From NCBI GenBank assembly GCA_964434935.1, contig CAYSWS010000002.1, positions 8,320 through 72,319 of the forward strand: DNA of 64,000 bases, written 5' to 3'. Source of the stretch: an uncultured Candidatus Saccharibacteria bacterium (GTDB lineage: Bacteria; Patescibacteriota; WWE3; UBA101185; UBA10185). Shown in pieces: positions 9,338 through 20,041 of this stretch (the stretch's first letter is position 1; every line of letters starts with the position of its first letter). The translations under genes were made by a program, and so were the position numbers. The notes under the pieces were generated by a model, which saw only the letters and a program-made list of their open reading frames with translations, did no database searches and was not told the DNA's origin.

Positions 9338-10239
9338 ACCATTCGTACCATACGCCGGTAATGCTTAATGAAGCCCTTGAATTTTTAAAACCTTTGCCAG
9401 GCCTTAGCTTCATTGATTGCACCCTGGGAGATGGCGGGCACGCTATAGAACTCCTTAAAGCCGGAAGTAAAGTATTAGGTATGGATGTAAATGCTAAATC
9501 GTTGGAAAAAGCCTCTACAAAGATAAAAAATGAAGGCTTGAGTGGTAGATTTGTGGCCGTACAAGCCAATTTTAAAGATCTGGAGAACATAGCCAATAAT
9601 GCCGGTTTTAATGAGGTAAATGGTGTGCTTTTTGATCTGGGATATAGTTCGACACAACTTGAGGATGAGAGTCTTGGTCTCAGCTTTTTACAAGATGGGC
9701 TTTTGGATATGAGATTGGATAGTTCTCTAAGCGTTACTGCCGCGGACCTATTAAATACACTTAGTGAAAAACAGCTCACATTTATCATTGGAGAATACGG
9801 CGGCGAAAGACTGGCAAAAAGATTTGCTAAAAAAATAATTGAATTTCGTGAATTGAAGAAGTTTCAGACTTCCAAACAACTGGCACAAGTTTTGGAAAAT
9901 GCAGCTCCTTCAGGGTACGAAAAGGGCAGGATACATCCTGCCACCAGAACTTTTCAGGCTCTGAGAATTGCCGTTAATGATGAAATTGACAATTTGAGAA
10001 AAGCACTGCCTCAGGCTGCACGCCTTCTACTGCCTGGTGGTCGAATGGTAGCTATTAGTTTCCATTCGCTAGAAGATAGAGTGGTCAAACAGTTTGGCCG
10101 CCACGGCGTGCAGCCTAGAATGGTGGAGTTGACCAAGAAACCGTTAACTCCGTCACCTGAGGAAGTGCAAAAGAATGTCAGGGCACGCAGTGCCAAAATG
10201 CGTATTTATGAAAGATCGACAGACGAAAACAATATGTAA
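9334..10239 (+). CDS. rsmH: 16S rRNA (C1402-N4)-methyltransferase
   Basis: HTPVM, DCTLGDGGH, DLGYSS, LDMR, HPATRTFQALRI, SFHSLED, RARSAKMR. Confidence 0.97.
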   Translation: MNHSYHTPVMLNEALEFLKPLPGLSFIDCTLGDGGHAIELLKAGSKVLGMDVNAKSLEKASTKIKNEGLSGRFVAVQANFKDLENIANNAGFNEVNGVLFDLGYSSTQLEDESLGLSFLQDGLLDMRLDSSLSVTAADLLNTLSEKQLTFIIGEYGGERLAKRFAKKIIEFRELKKFQTSKQLAQVLENAAPSGYEKGRIHPATRTFQALRIAVNDEIDNLRKALPQAARLLLPGGRMVAISFHSLEDRVVKQFGRHGVQPRMVELTKKPLTPSPEEVQKNVRARSAKMRIYERSTDENNM

Positions 10240-10516
10240 AAAAATAAGTGTCTTCACCTTTGGAATTTTTGTTATCAGCTTGTTATCACAGATGTATATC
10301 TCGAACACCACAGCCCTCAAGGGTAAGGCTTTTCAGCACTTAAACGATGAAAAAGCCAGGTTGGACAAAGAATTAGCCTTATTAAAATACGAAGACTCTA
10401 AACTTTCCTCATTGGAATACGTAGAGGAAAAAGCTCTGCAAATGGGATTTGTAAATATGACGGAACCCCTTCTTTCCATATCGTCGCCAGCTTTAGCCTC
10501 ATTGAGCACACAATAA
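10208..10516 (+). CDS. ftsL: FtsL-like cell division protein
   Basis: Single TM plus coiled coil (VEEKALQMGF), located between rsmH and ftsI. Confidence 0.65.
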   Translation: MKDRQTKTICKKISVFTFGIFVISLLSQMYISNTTALKGKAFQHLNDEKARLDKELALLKYEDSKLSSLEYVEEKALQMGFVNMTEPLLSISSPALASLSTQ

Positions 10517-10536
10517 CTATATAATGAACCTACACT

Positions 10537-12351
10537 ATGACAGCCAGAAAAAAGGTTAAAATACGAAACCTGCGCATTAGCTTTATCTCTATAACATACG
10601 GTTTAGCTATCCTGGTGTTTATAGTACGCCTCTTTTCCATACAGGTCCTTAAACACGGTCAATATACAGCTCTGGCGCAAAATCAATACTGGAACTTGTC
10701 CGTCATACCGGCAAAAAGAGGGGACATTGTCAGCTCTGACGGATTTGTACTGGCTGGAACGCAAACACACTATTTGATGTACCTGGAACCTAAAAAAGTA
10801 ACGGATGCGCAGAAAGTAGCCCAAGCACTAGCGGAAGAACTAACTAATGTGCGTATGCAGGAACAATCTGTTAATGAACCGGAGAGCGAACCTCTGGACC
10901 CGGAGTTTCGTCAAGCGTATATTTTCCAGGATTACTATGATCGTATTTTCGATGATCTGAACTCGGATCTTTACTGGGTAATAGTCGAGCATGATCTGAC
11001 TCCTTTGGACAAAGAACATATAGAATCCCTAAACATCGAAGGGGTAGGTTTTGAGGAAGAACCGGTCAGATATTATCCTGAGGGCAGCTTGGCCTCGCAT
11101 ATACTGGGGTTTGTAGCTTTTAACGAACAGGGTGAGAAGCAGGGGTATTTTGGCATAGAAGGCTCGTTGAACGGTGACCTGAAAGGTAAGCCGGGTAGAA
11201 TATTGGAGGAAAGAGATGCTTTGGGAAAACCTATACTTATAGGCGGCTACAAAAAGGCAGACCCCATCAAAGGCAGAGATATTTACCTCACCATAAATCG
11301 TACCGTTCAGTACGTTGTGGAAAAAAAACTTAAAGAAGGGGTGGAAAAATACGACGCCAGGTCAGGTAGTATTATCGTCATGGACCCGTACACCGACGAA
11401 GTGCTGGCTATGGCAAACTATCCCACTTACAGTCCTGATGTCTTTGATTACGATGAGGAAGATGAGGACGCTCATAGAAAGTTGGAGGAAAGGAAGAATC
11501 TAGCTATATCACAAACTTATGAGCCTGGTTCGGTCATGAAGCCCTTTACCATTTCAGCGGCTGTTGAATTGGGTTTGGTTAATCCCCAGACCACTTTTAA
11601 TGACAAAGGACCGGTTCAGTACTCGGATTATGTAATTGATAACTGGGATGGCAAGCACCATGGTATACAAACCATAGAACAGTTACTGGAGAAATCTAAC
11701 AACATCGGTGCGGCTTGGGTAGGACATCAAGTAGGATCACAGAACTTGACCAGATTTTTAACTGAATTCGGGTTTGGAAATAAAACAGAGATCGAATTAG
11801 AAGGTGAGGATACGGGAAACATAAGAGACTATAATACTTGGACAGATATTGACCTGGCCACCATCTCATTTGGGCAAGGAATTTCAGCCACTCCCTTACA
11901 GGTTCTGAACGGCTTTAATACTATTGCTAACGGAGGTTTCCTTCTTCAGCCTAAGATAATATCCAAGATCGTTGATGAGGATAAAGAAATTGTTATGCCT
12001 TCGAAACAAGTGGATAGAGTGATCTCCAAAGAAACATCCAATACCATGACCAATATGCTCATCAAAGCCACGGAAAGCGGTGAAGCTAAATATTTTGTCA
12101 TGAAGAACTATAAAATAGCCGGCAAAACAGGTACCGCGCAAATTCCTGAAGAAGGTAAGTACAACGCTGAGAAAACCAACGCAACTTTTGTAGGATATTT
12201 GGCCAATAGTAAAAGATTTTCCATGATAGTTAAACTTGAAGAACCCAGGGCCAGCATTTATGCTGCTGAAACAGCCGTCCCTCTCTGGATGGATACGGCC
12301 GATGAGCTGATAAAATATTTTGGCATACCAGCCGACCTTCCCACTGAGTAA
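10537..12351 (+). CDS. ftsI: Class B penicillin-binding protein (FtsI/PBP3-like)
   Basis: RGDI, RYYP, GIE; SxxK (SVMK), SxN (SNN) and KTG intact. Confidence 0.9.
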   Translation: MTARKKVKIRNLRISFISITYGLAILVFIVRLFSIQVLKHGQYTALAQNQYWNLSVIPAKRGDIVSSDGFVLAGTQTHYLMYLEPKKVTDAQKVAQALAEELTNVRMQEQSVNEPESEPLDPEFRQAYIFQDYYDRIFDDLNSDLYWVIVEHDLTPLDKEHIESLNIEGVGFEEEPVRYYPEGSLASHILGFVAFNEQGEKQGYFGIEGSLNGDLKGKPGRILEERDALGKPILIGGYKKADPIKGRDIYLTINRTVQYVVEKKLKEGVEKYDARSGSIIVMDPYTDEVLAMANYPTYSPDVFDYDEEDEDAHRKLEERKNLAISQTYEPGSVMKPFTISAAVELGLVNPQTTFNDKGPVQYSDYVIDNWDGKHHGIQTIEQLLEKSNNIGAAWVGHQVGSQNLTRFLTEFGFGNKTEIELEGEDTGNIRDYNTWTDIDLATISFGQGISATPLQVLNGFNTIANGGFLLQPKIISKIVDEDKEIVMPSKQVDRVISKETSNTMTNMLIKATESGEAKYFVMKNYKIAGKTGTAQIPEEGKYNAEKTNATFVGYLANSKRFSMIVKLEEPRASIYAAETAVPLWMDTADELIKYFGIPADLPTE

Positions 12352-12412
12352 ATTCTCTTCCCGCGAGAAATTTGCATTATTTTCTTCTTGTGACAATAGG
12401 TAAATTAAAAAT

Positions 12413-12766
12413 GTGGAAAAAAAAGCTAAAGGATCGGTTGGAGAAAAACTGGCCGCGCTTTATCTGCAAAGGAAAGGTTACAAGATCGTGGATACAAATT
12501 GGTATTGCCGTTGGGGAGAGATAGATATCATTGCTCTGGATCAAGAACACTTGGTGTTTGTGGAGGTCAAGTTCAGATGCACTTATAATTTTGGCGCAGC
12601 CAGCAGTGCTGTGCATGAGCACAAGTTAAGATCATTAAAAAGAAGTATTTGGCGTTATCTATATTTATACGACAAGTTCGACCGTCCCTGTCGTCTTGAT
12701 GTTATCAGCATACAGGGTGAAAATGGACGTTACCACTTAGAGCATTATAGATCTGTGGATTTTTAA
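12413..12766 (+). CDS. YraN family (UPF0102) putative nuclease
   Basis: GEKLAALYL..KGY, GEIDII, LVFVEVK, RLDVI. Confidence 0.9.
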   Translation: MEKKAKGSVGEKLAALYLQRKGYKIVDTNWYCRWGEIDIIALDQEHLVFVEVKFRCTYNFGAASSAVHEHKLRSLKRSIWRYLYLYDKFDRPCRLDVISIQGENGRYHLEHYRSVDF

Positions 12767-13755
12767 CGATCTACCGGTGCGTCACTCTGGAGCTTGTTCA
12801 GGATATCAGTTTTAAAGGTTTGGTAATTACCGTCCAGCGGCACTACCGTCCAGGCACCTCCGTAATCTTCTGCCGGGGGTGAATAAAGGTATTCATAGTC
12901 GAGATATAAAGAACTAAATGTATATTTATCCTTGTCTTTGTAAAAATCCCAGAGATATTTGGTATCCGCTAGCTCAAGATTGGTGCTCATTCTGCCCTGG
13001 GTCACGGTTTTGAAAGCATTTTCCACTACCATGGGATTAAAAAGGCTGCTAGGCTGCATGATCGCCCTCAGCATACCGATCAAGATCTTGTGCTGCCTTC
13101 TCATGCGTGCCCAGTCGCTGCCTTCGCCGTTATCTCCCTTTCTTGACCGGGCAAAGACAAGGGCATCCTGGCCTGAAAGCTGTTCTTCGCCCTGGGTGAA
13201 AGTGACTGTTTGTATGTCCAAGGTCTCATCGACCGGGTAATTAGGGTCAGTAAAAGTTCTATCCACAGTGACCGGAACTCCGCCCATGGCATCTACAATC
13301 CAGGAAAAGTCTTCAAAATCGGTCAAAATGTATCTCTGGGGCTCAAGACCGGTAATTTCGGTCACGGCTCTTTTCATAGCCTCCCAGCCGGAATTTACGA
13401 ACAAACCGTTTATTTTACTTCCCTCATACCACAAGTCTCTGGGAATTGATGCCAGGACCACGTTGTTCTTTAAAGGATTAATAGACACCAGGATCATGAC
13501 GTCGCTTCTAAAACCATATTCCAGTTTGCTTCTCCTATCTATGCCCAAAAGTAGAATATTGATGGGATTGCCCAGCGGATAAAGTTCCTCGAGCCTTTGC
13601 GGCTGCTCTTTTTCTTTGGCCATCCTCGAAAAAGGACTTATAGTCACGCTGGTATCAGCACCAGCGGATCTTGGTTCCTTATTAGCTTGATGGGCCACAT
13701 AGCCCAAAACACCAAGAGAAATTACTAAAGTAATAGCTAATACTCGTTTCCACAT
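12763..13755 (-). CDS. LCP (LytR-CpsA-Psr) family glycopolymer transferase
   Basis: N-terminal TM, NILLLGID, RSD, SIPRD, ARSR, SDWARMRRQ. Confidence 0.92.
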   Translation of the reverse strand: MWKRVLAITLVISLGVLGYVAHQANKEPRSAGADTSVTISPFSRMAKEKEQPQRLEELYPLGNPINILLLGIDRRSKLEYGFRSDVMILVSINPLKNNVVLASIPRDLWYEGSKINGLFVNSGWEAMKRAVTEITGLEPQRYILTDFEDFSWIVDAMGGVPVTVDRTFTDPNYPVDETLDIQTVTFTQGEEQLSGQDALVFARSRKGDNGEGSDWARMRRQHKILIGMLRAIMQPSSLFNPMVVENAFKTVTQGRMSTNLELADTKYLWDFYKDKDKYTFSSLYLDYEYLYSPPAEDYGGAWTVVPLDGNYQTFKTDILNKLQSDAPVDR

Positions 13756-13836
13756 AAGAATAAGGATAGTTTAAATACCTTTTTTTCTCAACAACATAGT
13801 CTTGATGATTGATGCGACTTTGTATATGATTAGTCT

Positions 13837-14238
13837 ATGCCCAAAAAGATAGTCGTGGTCGAAGACGATCAAGCCTTTTACAATTTGTGTGCCACCGAAC
13901 TCAAGCTCAAGGGCTATGATGTGGTGCATGTGGCCGACGGTAACATGGCGGTATCGCGTATTAGGGAAGAGCTGCCGGACCTCATACTGCTCGATATCAT
14001 TCTCCCGGGAATAAATGGCCTGGATATCCTAAAAGAACTCAAAGAAGCTGAAGAGACAGCAGAAATTGCTGTCATTATGCTTACTAATTTTGGTACGGAT
14101 GAGAATATTTCCAAAGCCGTAGAGCTAGGAGCCGACGATTACCTCATGAAATATAACCTGGTACCCTCAGAACTGCCTGAAAAACTTGCTTCCTATCTGG
14201 GTGAAGACTCAGAAGCAGGTGTTTCTCTGACTGGTTAA
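13837..14238 (+). CDS. Single-domain response regulator (receiver only)
   Basis: VVEDD, LLDIILP (phospho-Asp), MLTN, conserved Lys; no output domain. Confidence 0.9.
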   Translation: MPKKIVVVEDDQAFYNLCATELKLKGYDVVHVADGNMAVSRIREELPDLILLDIILPGINGLDILKELKEAEETAEIAVIMLTNFGTDENISKAVELGADDYLMKYNLVPSELPEKLASYLGEDSEAGVSLTG

Positions 14239-14240
14239 AT

Positions 14241-15104
14241 ATGATAGACCCTACACTAAGCCTATTTTTAGTCATCGCTATGAGCGTTTTAACCCTGATG
14301 TTCTTTTTGCTGTTGTTCCTGTTCTTGAAAAAAGACCAAGACCTCTTGCAGCTTAAAGCAAAATATGAGCACCTACTGAAAATGGAATCTGAGCACTTCA
14401 AGCAAAGCAAGCAAAGAGATGATTACGTGGCTATGATGGTGCATGAGTTACGCTCTCCGCTATCTGTTATCAAAGGTTCGGCGGATCTGGTGGTGCGGGA
14501 AGAGAAGAATTTACAAGAAGATCAAAAATATACTTTATTAGGGCAGATCAAGGAGTCAGCTAATGATCTGCTGGAAGTGGTCAATGACATCCTGGATGTT
14601 TCCAAGATAGAATCAGGCCGATTTGAGATCAAGAAGAAGAAAGGCAATATTAACAAAGTCTTACAGGAAGAGGCGGAGTACTATATGGCGTTAGCCAGAG
14701 ATAGAGAGATCGGTGTGCAAACGGAGCTCTCTAACGAGATCCCTGAATTTGAATTTGATGAGGACAGGATCAAGCATGTCATGAACAATTTATTATCGAA
14801 CGCTTTAAAATTCACTGAGGCTGGGGGAAAGGTAGTGATCCAGTCTAATTCCATTGATAAATACCATGTTGAAGTTATTGTGTCCGATACGGGCAGCGGC
14901 GTTCCGGATGATATGAAAGGCAAATTATTTAATAAATTTGTGCAAATGGAAAATAGGAAAGAAGTTAAGGAGAAGGGAACCGGCCTGGGATTAGTAATAG
15001 CTAAAGGAATTGTTGAGGCACACGGCGGCAGCATTTGGGTGGAGGATAATCAACCGGTGGGAGCTAAGTTCATATTCACTATACCTGTGTCCGATCCCGT
15101 ATAG
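14241..15104 (+). CDS. Histidine kinase (1 TM, HisKA, HATPase)
   Basis: HELRSPL, NLLSNALKF, DTGSG, GTGLGL, HGG. Confidence 0.92.
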   Translation: MIDPTLSLFLVIAMSVLTLMFFLLLFLFLKKDQDLLQLKAKYEHLLKMESEHFKQSKQRDDYVAMMVHELRSPLSVIKGSADLVVREEKNLQEDQKYTLLGQIKESANDLLEVVNDILDVSKIESGRFEIKKKKGNINKVLQEEAEYYMALARDREIGVQTELSNEIPEFEFDEDRIKHVMNNLLSNALKFTEAGGKVVIQSNSIDKYHVEVIVSDTGSGVPDDMKGKLFNKFVQMENRKEVKEKGTGLGLVIAKGIVEAHGGSIWVEDNQPVGAKFIFTIPVSDPV

Positions 15105-15106
15105 TC

Positions 15107-16492
15107 ATGGAAATTCCAAAAAATATATTCAGAAATTATGATATCAGAGGTACGTATCCAGAAGAGATAAACTACCAGAATTCAAAGCTTATAGGCAGAG
15201 TGCTGGGCACTCATATTTGGAAAAAAGGTTTTAATAATGTGGTTGTGGCCAGAGACGACAGAGAAAGCTCGCCCGAGATCTCTAAGGCTTTGATCGAAGG
15301 TTTGATCAGCACGGGATGTAATGTAACGGATATAGGCATCTCTTTAACACCGGTCATACATTTTCTTACTTGTACACAGAATTTTGATCTGGGAGTGGTG
15401 GTAACAGCCAGCCACAATCCCAAGCAGTTCAATGGTTTCAGGATAGATTACAAACACGCCAAATCCATGTATGGGGACCTTATACTTATGCTGAGGTTCA
15501 TGATCGAAAGGGAGGAGTTCTTGAGCGGAGAAGGCTCAGCGGAAGTAAAAGATCTTTCGCCTTATTATATAGACTATTTATCGGATAAATTCAATTTCAA
15601 GTCGTCTTTGAGAGTGGTCATTGATTGTGGTTGCGGAGCGGCCAGTGAGATAGCGCCCAAGATCTATCAGAACATTGGTTGCAGCGTCATCCCGGTGAAC
15701 TGCAATTATGATAGTAACTTTCCGCACGGTGTGCCCGACCCCGAGAACACTCTTTTTATGGATGAGATAAAAGAAAATGTCCTTAAACATAAGGCCGATG
15801 TTGGTTTTGGCTATGACACTGACGGGGATAGGTTTGGTGTGGTAGATGAAAAAGGTAATATTTACGACACGGACATGATCTTGCTTCTCTTCGCTGAGTA
15901 TGTGCTCAAGGAAAATCCCGGCAGGATAGTGTGCTACGACGTAAAATGTTCCTCGGCTGTGGACGACTATATTAGAAAGATGGGAGGTGTGCCTAAGATC
16001 ATGCGCACCGGACATCCCTATTTTGCCGAAGAAGTGCAAACCGAGGCAGTACTGGGAGCGGAGTTTTCAGGTCACGTGTATTTTTCCGACGACTATTTTG
16101 GCTATGACGATGGTGTATATGCTTCCTGCAGGGTATTAAAGATCATGCAGGAAAGCGGTAAAAGTTTATCTGAGCTTATGGCTAAGTACCCTAAGAAAGC
16201 CTCCACGCATGAGATAAAGGTCAGTTGCCCGGATGAAGAAAAGTTCAAAGTCGTGAACGGCATAAAAATATATCTCATGAACGAAGTTTCGTACCGAAAA
16301 ATGATAGATATTGATGGGGTGAGGGCCAACATTACGGATACCGGCTGGTTTTTGATCCGCGCTTCAAATACGTCGCCTTATTTAAGTATCAGGGTGGAGG
16401 GTAAGGACGAGGAGGAAAAGGAAAAAATATTGGAAATTGTGAGAAGCGCTTTAAAAAGTGTTAGTATTGTACAGTTGGAAATAAATTTTTAA
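15107..16492 (+). CDS. Phosphomannomutase/phosphoglucomutase
   Basis: FRNYDIRG, TASHNP, DTDGDR, EFSGH, RASNT. Confidence 0.94.
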   Translation: MEIPKNIFRNYDIRGTYPEEINYQNSKLIGRVLGTHIWKKGFNNVVVARDDRESSPEISKALIEGLISTGCNVTDIGISLTPVIHFLTCTQNFDLGVVVTASHNPKQFNGFRIDYKHAKSMYGDLILMLRFMIEREEFLSGEGSAEVKDLSPYYIDYLSDKFNFKSSLRVVIDCGCGAASEIAPKIYQNIGCSVIPVNCNYDSNFPHGVPDPENTLFMDEIKENVLKHKADVGFGYDTDGDRFGVVDEKGNIYDTDMILLLFAEYVLKENPGRIVCYDVKCSSAVDDYIRKMGGVPKIMRTGHPYFAEEVQTEAVLGAEFSGHVYFSDDYFGYDDGVYASCRVLKIMQESGKSLSELMAKYPKKASTHEIKVSCPDEEKFKVVNGIKIYLMNEVSYRKMIDIDGVRANITDTGWFLIRASNTSPYLSIRVEGKDEEEKEKILEIVRSALKSVSIVQLEINF

Positions 16493-16522
16493 AATATAAT
16501 ATAAAGTTAGGATATTTTTCTT

Positions 16523-18790
16523 ATGAACAAAAAAACTGCCCCCATATTGAGATTTAATGAGGTTCGAAAGACTGACATACCATTGGTGGGAGGAAAAGGT
16601 GCCAATTTAGGAGAAATGGTTCACGCCGGCATCCCCGTGCCTGATGGTTTCATCGTTACAGCTAAGGCTTATTACGATTTTCTCAAGCTCACATCGTTAA
16701 AACAGAAGATCTTGACCGAACTTTCGGGTTTGGATGTAGATGACTCTAAAAAGCTGCAGCAAGCCTCAGAAAGAGTGAAGACCGCTATTTTAAGAGCTAA
16801 GATGCCTGACGAATTGGCGGAAAAGATCAAGAAATCCTATCACGAGCTGTGCGGTAGCCACGATAAACTGGTAGCCGTCAGGTCCTCAGCTACGGCCGAG
16901 GATCTTCCCGATGCCTCATTTGCCGGACAGCAGGAGACTTACTTGAATATTAAGGGTTGGGAACAAGTTGTTAAGAATACTCAGAAATGCTGGGCTTCGC
17001 TTTTTACTTCCAGAGCTATTTTTTATCGTACGGAAAAGGGGTTTAGCCACTTTAAGATAGGCATCGCCGTACCGGTGCAGCTCATGGTGCAGTCTGAGGT
17101 TTCGGGGATCATGTTCACGGTCAATCCCCTGACCAATAATCCCAAAGAAGTGTCCATAGAGGCAGGTTTTGGCCTTGGCCAGCCCATAGTTTCCGGTGAG
17201 ATCACGCCTGACCAGTATATCGTGAGGAAAAAGACCAAAGAAGTGTTATCCAAGGAGATCATGAAACAGACCTGGCAGTACACCATAGAAAAGAAAGTAC
17301 CCATTTCTAAAGCTCACCAGAAAAAGCAGAAGTTAAGTGATAAAAAGATTGTTGAGTTGGCTGAGATAGGCATGAAGATCGAGGAGCACTACGGACATCC
17401 CCAGGACATTGAATGGGGTATGGAGAATAACAAACTTTATATTGTGCAGTCCAGACCGGTGACCACGTTGGATTCTCTGACCAAGCAGGAAACCGTTACT
17501 ACCAAGATGGACGCTTCCAAAAAAGGCAAGAAGTTATTGGAAGGTTTAGGCGCTTCACCGGGGGCTGCTTCAGGACCGGTGCGTATAATTGGCAATCCCA
17601 ACGAGATCAACAAGGTTAAAGAGGGCGATGTTCTGGTGGCCGTTATGACCAACCCCGATTATGTGCCGGCCATGAGAAGAGCCGCCGCCATTGTGACCGA
17701 TGAAGGAGGTAGGACCAGCCATGCGGCTATTGTCTCCAGAGAGTTGGGAGTGCCGGCGGTGGTCGGTTCCGGACAAGCCACTAAAATGCTAAAAGACGGT
17801 GAGATCATCACAGTTGATGGTTCTGAAGGCTTTGTTTATGCCGGGGATCTTACCAAAGAGGTCGAGCTGGAAAAAGTCGATACCTCAAAAATGAAAACTG
17901 CCACCAAGATCTATCTTAATCTAGGCGAACCCCAGCTGGCGGTGGAGATGGCACAAAGGAACGTTGACGGTATAGGGTTACTGCGGGCAGAGTTCATGAT
18001 CGCTAACATTGGCAAGCACCCCAGGTTGTTCATCAAGGAGAAAAAGCAGAAAGAGTTCATCGAACAATTGGCTGAAGACTTGGAAACATTTGCCTCAGCC
18101 TTTGATCCCAGGCCGGTGGTCTACAGATTTACCGATTTCAGGACCAACGAGTACCGCGGCCTTAAAGGCGGCGAGGAGTTTGAGGATGTGGAAGCTAATC
18201 CTATGATAGGTTACAGAGGTGTGAGCCGCTACATAGAAGATGCAGATGTCTTTAAGCTTGAGGTTGAGGCTATTAAGATCGTGCGCAATAAGAAAGGCTA
18301 TAAAAATCTGCACGTCATGTTCCCCTTTGTACGAACTGTTGAGCAGCTGCAGGAAGTTAAAACAATTATGGCCTCATACGGTCTAAGACGAAGTGGTTCC
18401 TTCAAAGTCTGGATGATGGTGGAGGTTCCCTCCAACGTCATTTTACTGGACGACTTCATAGATGTGGGTATTGATGGTGTTTCCGTAGGTACGAATGACC
18501 TGACCATGCTCACTTTGGGGGTGGACAGGGATAATGAGCGCGTGGCCAACGTCTACAGCGAAATGAACCAAGCCATACTTAATAGCTTGGAGAAGATCAT
18601 TACCACAGCCAGAAAGAGAGGCATAACCTCATCCATTTGCGGACAAGCACCCTCGGTCTATCCTGAGCTGGTGAAGATGTTAGTGGACTGGGGCATGACC
18701 TCGGTTTCGGTAAGCCCGGACGTTATAGAAAAGACCAGAGCCATTGTCTATGAAATGGAAAAGAAAGTATTGAGCAAGCCCAAGAAATAG
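16523..18790 (+). CDS. ppsA: Phosphoenolpyruvate synthase
   Basis: VGGKGANLGEM, VRSSATAED, SHAAIVSRELG (phospho-His), SICGQ. Confidence 0.96.
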   Translation: MNKKTAPILRFNEVRKTDIPLVGGKGANLGEMVHAGIPVPDGFIVTAKAYYDFLKLTSLKQKILTELSGLDVDDSKKLQQASERVKTAILRAKMPDELAEKIKKSYHELCGSHDKLVAVRSSATAEDLPDASFAGQQETYLNIKGWEQVVKNTQKCWASLFTSRAIFYRTEKGFSHFKIGIAVPVQLMVQSEVSGIMFTVNPLTNNPKEVSIEAGFGLGQPIVSGEITPDQYIVRKKTKEVLSKEIMKQTWQYTIEKKVPISKAHQKKQKLSDKKIVELAEIGMKIEEHYGHPQDIEWGMENNKLYIVQSRPVTTLDSLTKQETVTTKMDASKKGKKLLEGLGASPGAASGPVRIIGNPNEINKVKEGDVLVAVMTNPDYVPAMRRAAAIVTDEGGRTSHAAIVSRELGVPAVVGSGQATKMLKDGEIITVDGSEGFVYAGDLTKEVELEKVDTSKMKTATKIYLNLGEPQLAVEMAQRNVDGIGLLRAEFMIANIGKHPRLFIKEKKQKEFIEQLAEDLETFASAFDPRPVVYRFTDFRTNEYRGLKGGEEFEDVEANPMIGYRGVSRYIEDADVFKLEVEAIKIVRNKKGYKNLHVMFPFVRTVEQLQEVKTIMASYGLRRSGSFKVWMMVEVPSNVILLDDFIDVGIDGVSVGTNDLTMLTLGVDRDNERVANVYSEMNQAILNSLEKIITTARKRGITSSICGQAPSVYPELVKMLVDWGMTSVSVSPDVIEKTRAIVYEMEKKVLSKPKK

Positions 18791-18799
18791 CACTGCCTT

Positions 18800-20032
18800 A
18801 TGCCCAAAATTAAAGAAATCAAAGCTCATAAGATAGTCAATTCCAGAGGAAGTTGGACTGTTGATACCAGGATCACTCTGGAGGATGGTATGTTCATAGA
18901 GCAACCTGTCCCCAGCGGAGCTTCCAGAGGAGAAAATGAGGCTGCTTATCTTCCTGTAGAAAAAGCTGTGAGCGTCATATCCACTGTCATCAACGACGCC
19001 TTGAAAGGGGAGGATCCCACACAGCAAAGACGCATTGATAACATATTGTTGGAAATGGACGGCACGGGAAATAAGAAGAATTTGGGTGGTAACAGTATTT
19101 TGTCCGTATCCTTGGGCATAGCTCAGTTGAGTGCCCGGTTTTTAGGCATTGAGCTGTTCGAATATGTCTCTGATCTCTATGGCAAGAAGATCGTAAAAGA
19201 TCCGCACATGAAATTTCCCACACCGGTTTTCAATATTCTCAATGGCGGCAAACATGCCTACAATAATCTCTCCTTCCAAGAATTTATGGTTATTCCGGCG
19301 CAAAACAGGAATTTCCTCCAGCAAATGGAGATGGGTGTGAACGTCTACATCAAGCTTAAAGATAATTTGCTCAAAAAGGAGTACAGCGTTGGAGTGGGTG
19401 ACGAAGGTGGATTTGCTCCTGAAGGATTTACGGCCGACAAAGCACTGACTTTTATAAGAGATGCGGCCAAAAGTATGTATAAATTGGGCGAAGATGTGTT
19501 CATGGGCATGGACGTGGCAGCCGAGTCCTTCGTCGAACACGATGAATACAAGATCTCGGAAGAGGACCTGTCTTTGGGCGTGAGTGAATTCACAGACTAC
19601 TATGAGCAAATGATCAACAAGTTCCCGCTCATTTACATTGAAGATCCGTTCTACGAAAAAGATTATGAGGGTTGGGACAAGTTCTACAAGAGATTTTCTC
19701 AGCGTTTGCTGGTAGTAGCTGATGACCTGGTCGTGACCAACACAAAATATCTGCAAAAAGCCATAGATAAGAGGCTGGCTAATGCAGTCATTGTAAAGCC
19801 AAATCAAGTCGGTACGTTATCCGAGACCCTGGATTTTATAAGAATGGCCAAGGGTAATAACATGGCTATAGTTGTGTCTCACAGAAGCGGTGACACAGCC
19901 GAAGACAGTTTTATAGCCGATCTAGCCCTGGCCGTGGAGGCGGAATTTCTAAAATCAGGTGCTCCCGTAAGGGGAGAACGAGTGGTCAAGTACAATAGGC
20001 TGTTGGATATTTTTTCTGAGATCTCGTCTTAA
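18800..20032 (+). CDS. eno: Enolase
   Basis: PSGAS, NGGKHA, QEFM, GDEGG, IED, DDL, KPNQ, SHRSG, KYN. Confidence 0.95.
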   Translation: MPKIKEIKAHKIVNSRGSWTVDTRITLEDGMFIEQPVPSGASRGENEAAYLPVEKAVSVISTVINDALKGEDPTQQRRIDNILLEMDGTGNKKNLGGNSILSVSLGIAQLSARFLGIELFEYVSDLYGKKIVKDPHMKFPTPVFNILNGGKHAYNNLSFQEFMVIPAQNRNFLQQMEMGVNVYIKLKDNLLKKEYSVGVGDEGGFAPEGFTADKALTFIRDAAKSMYKLGEDVFMGMDVAAESFVEHDEYKISEEDLSLGVSEFTDYYEQMINKFPLIYIEDPFYEKDYEGWDKFYKRFSQRLLVVADDLVVTNTKYLQKAIDKRLANAVIVKPNQVGTLSETLDFIRMAKGNNMAIVVSHRSGDTAEDSFIADLALAVEAEFLKSGAPVRGERVVKYNRLLDIFSEISS

Positions 20033-20041
20033 AAGAGCGGC

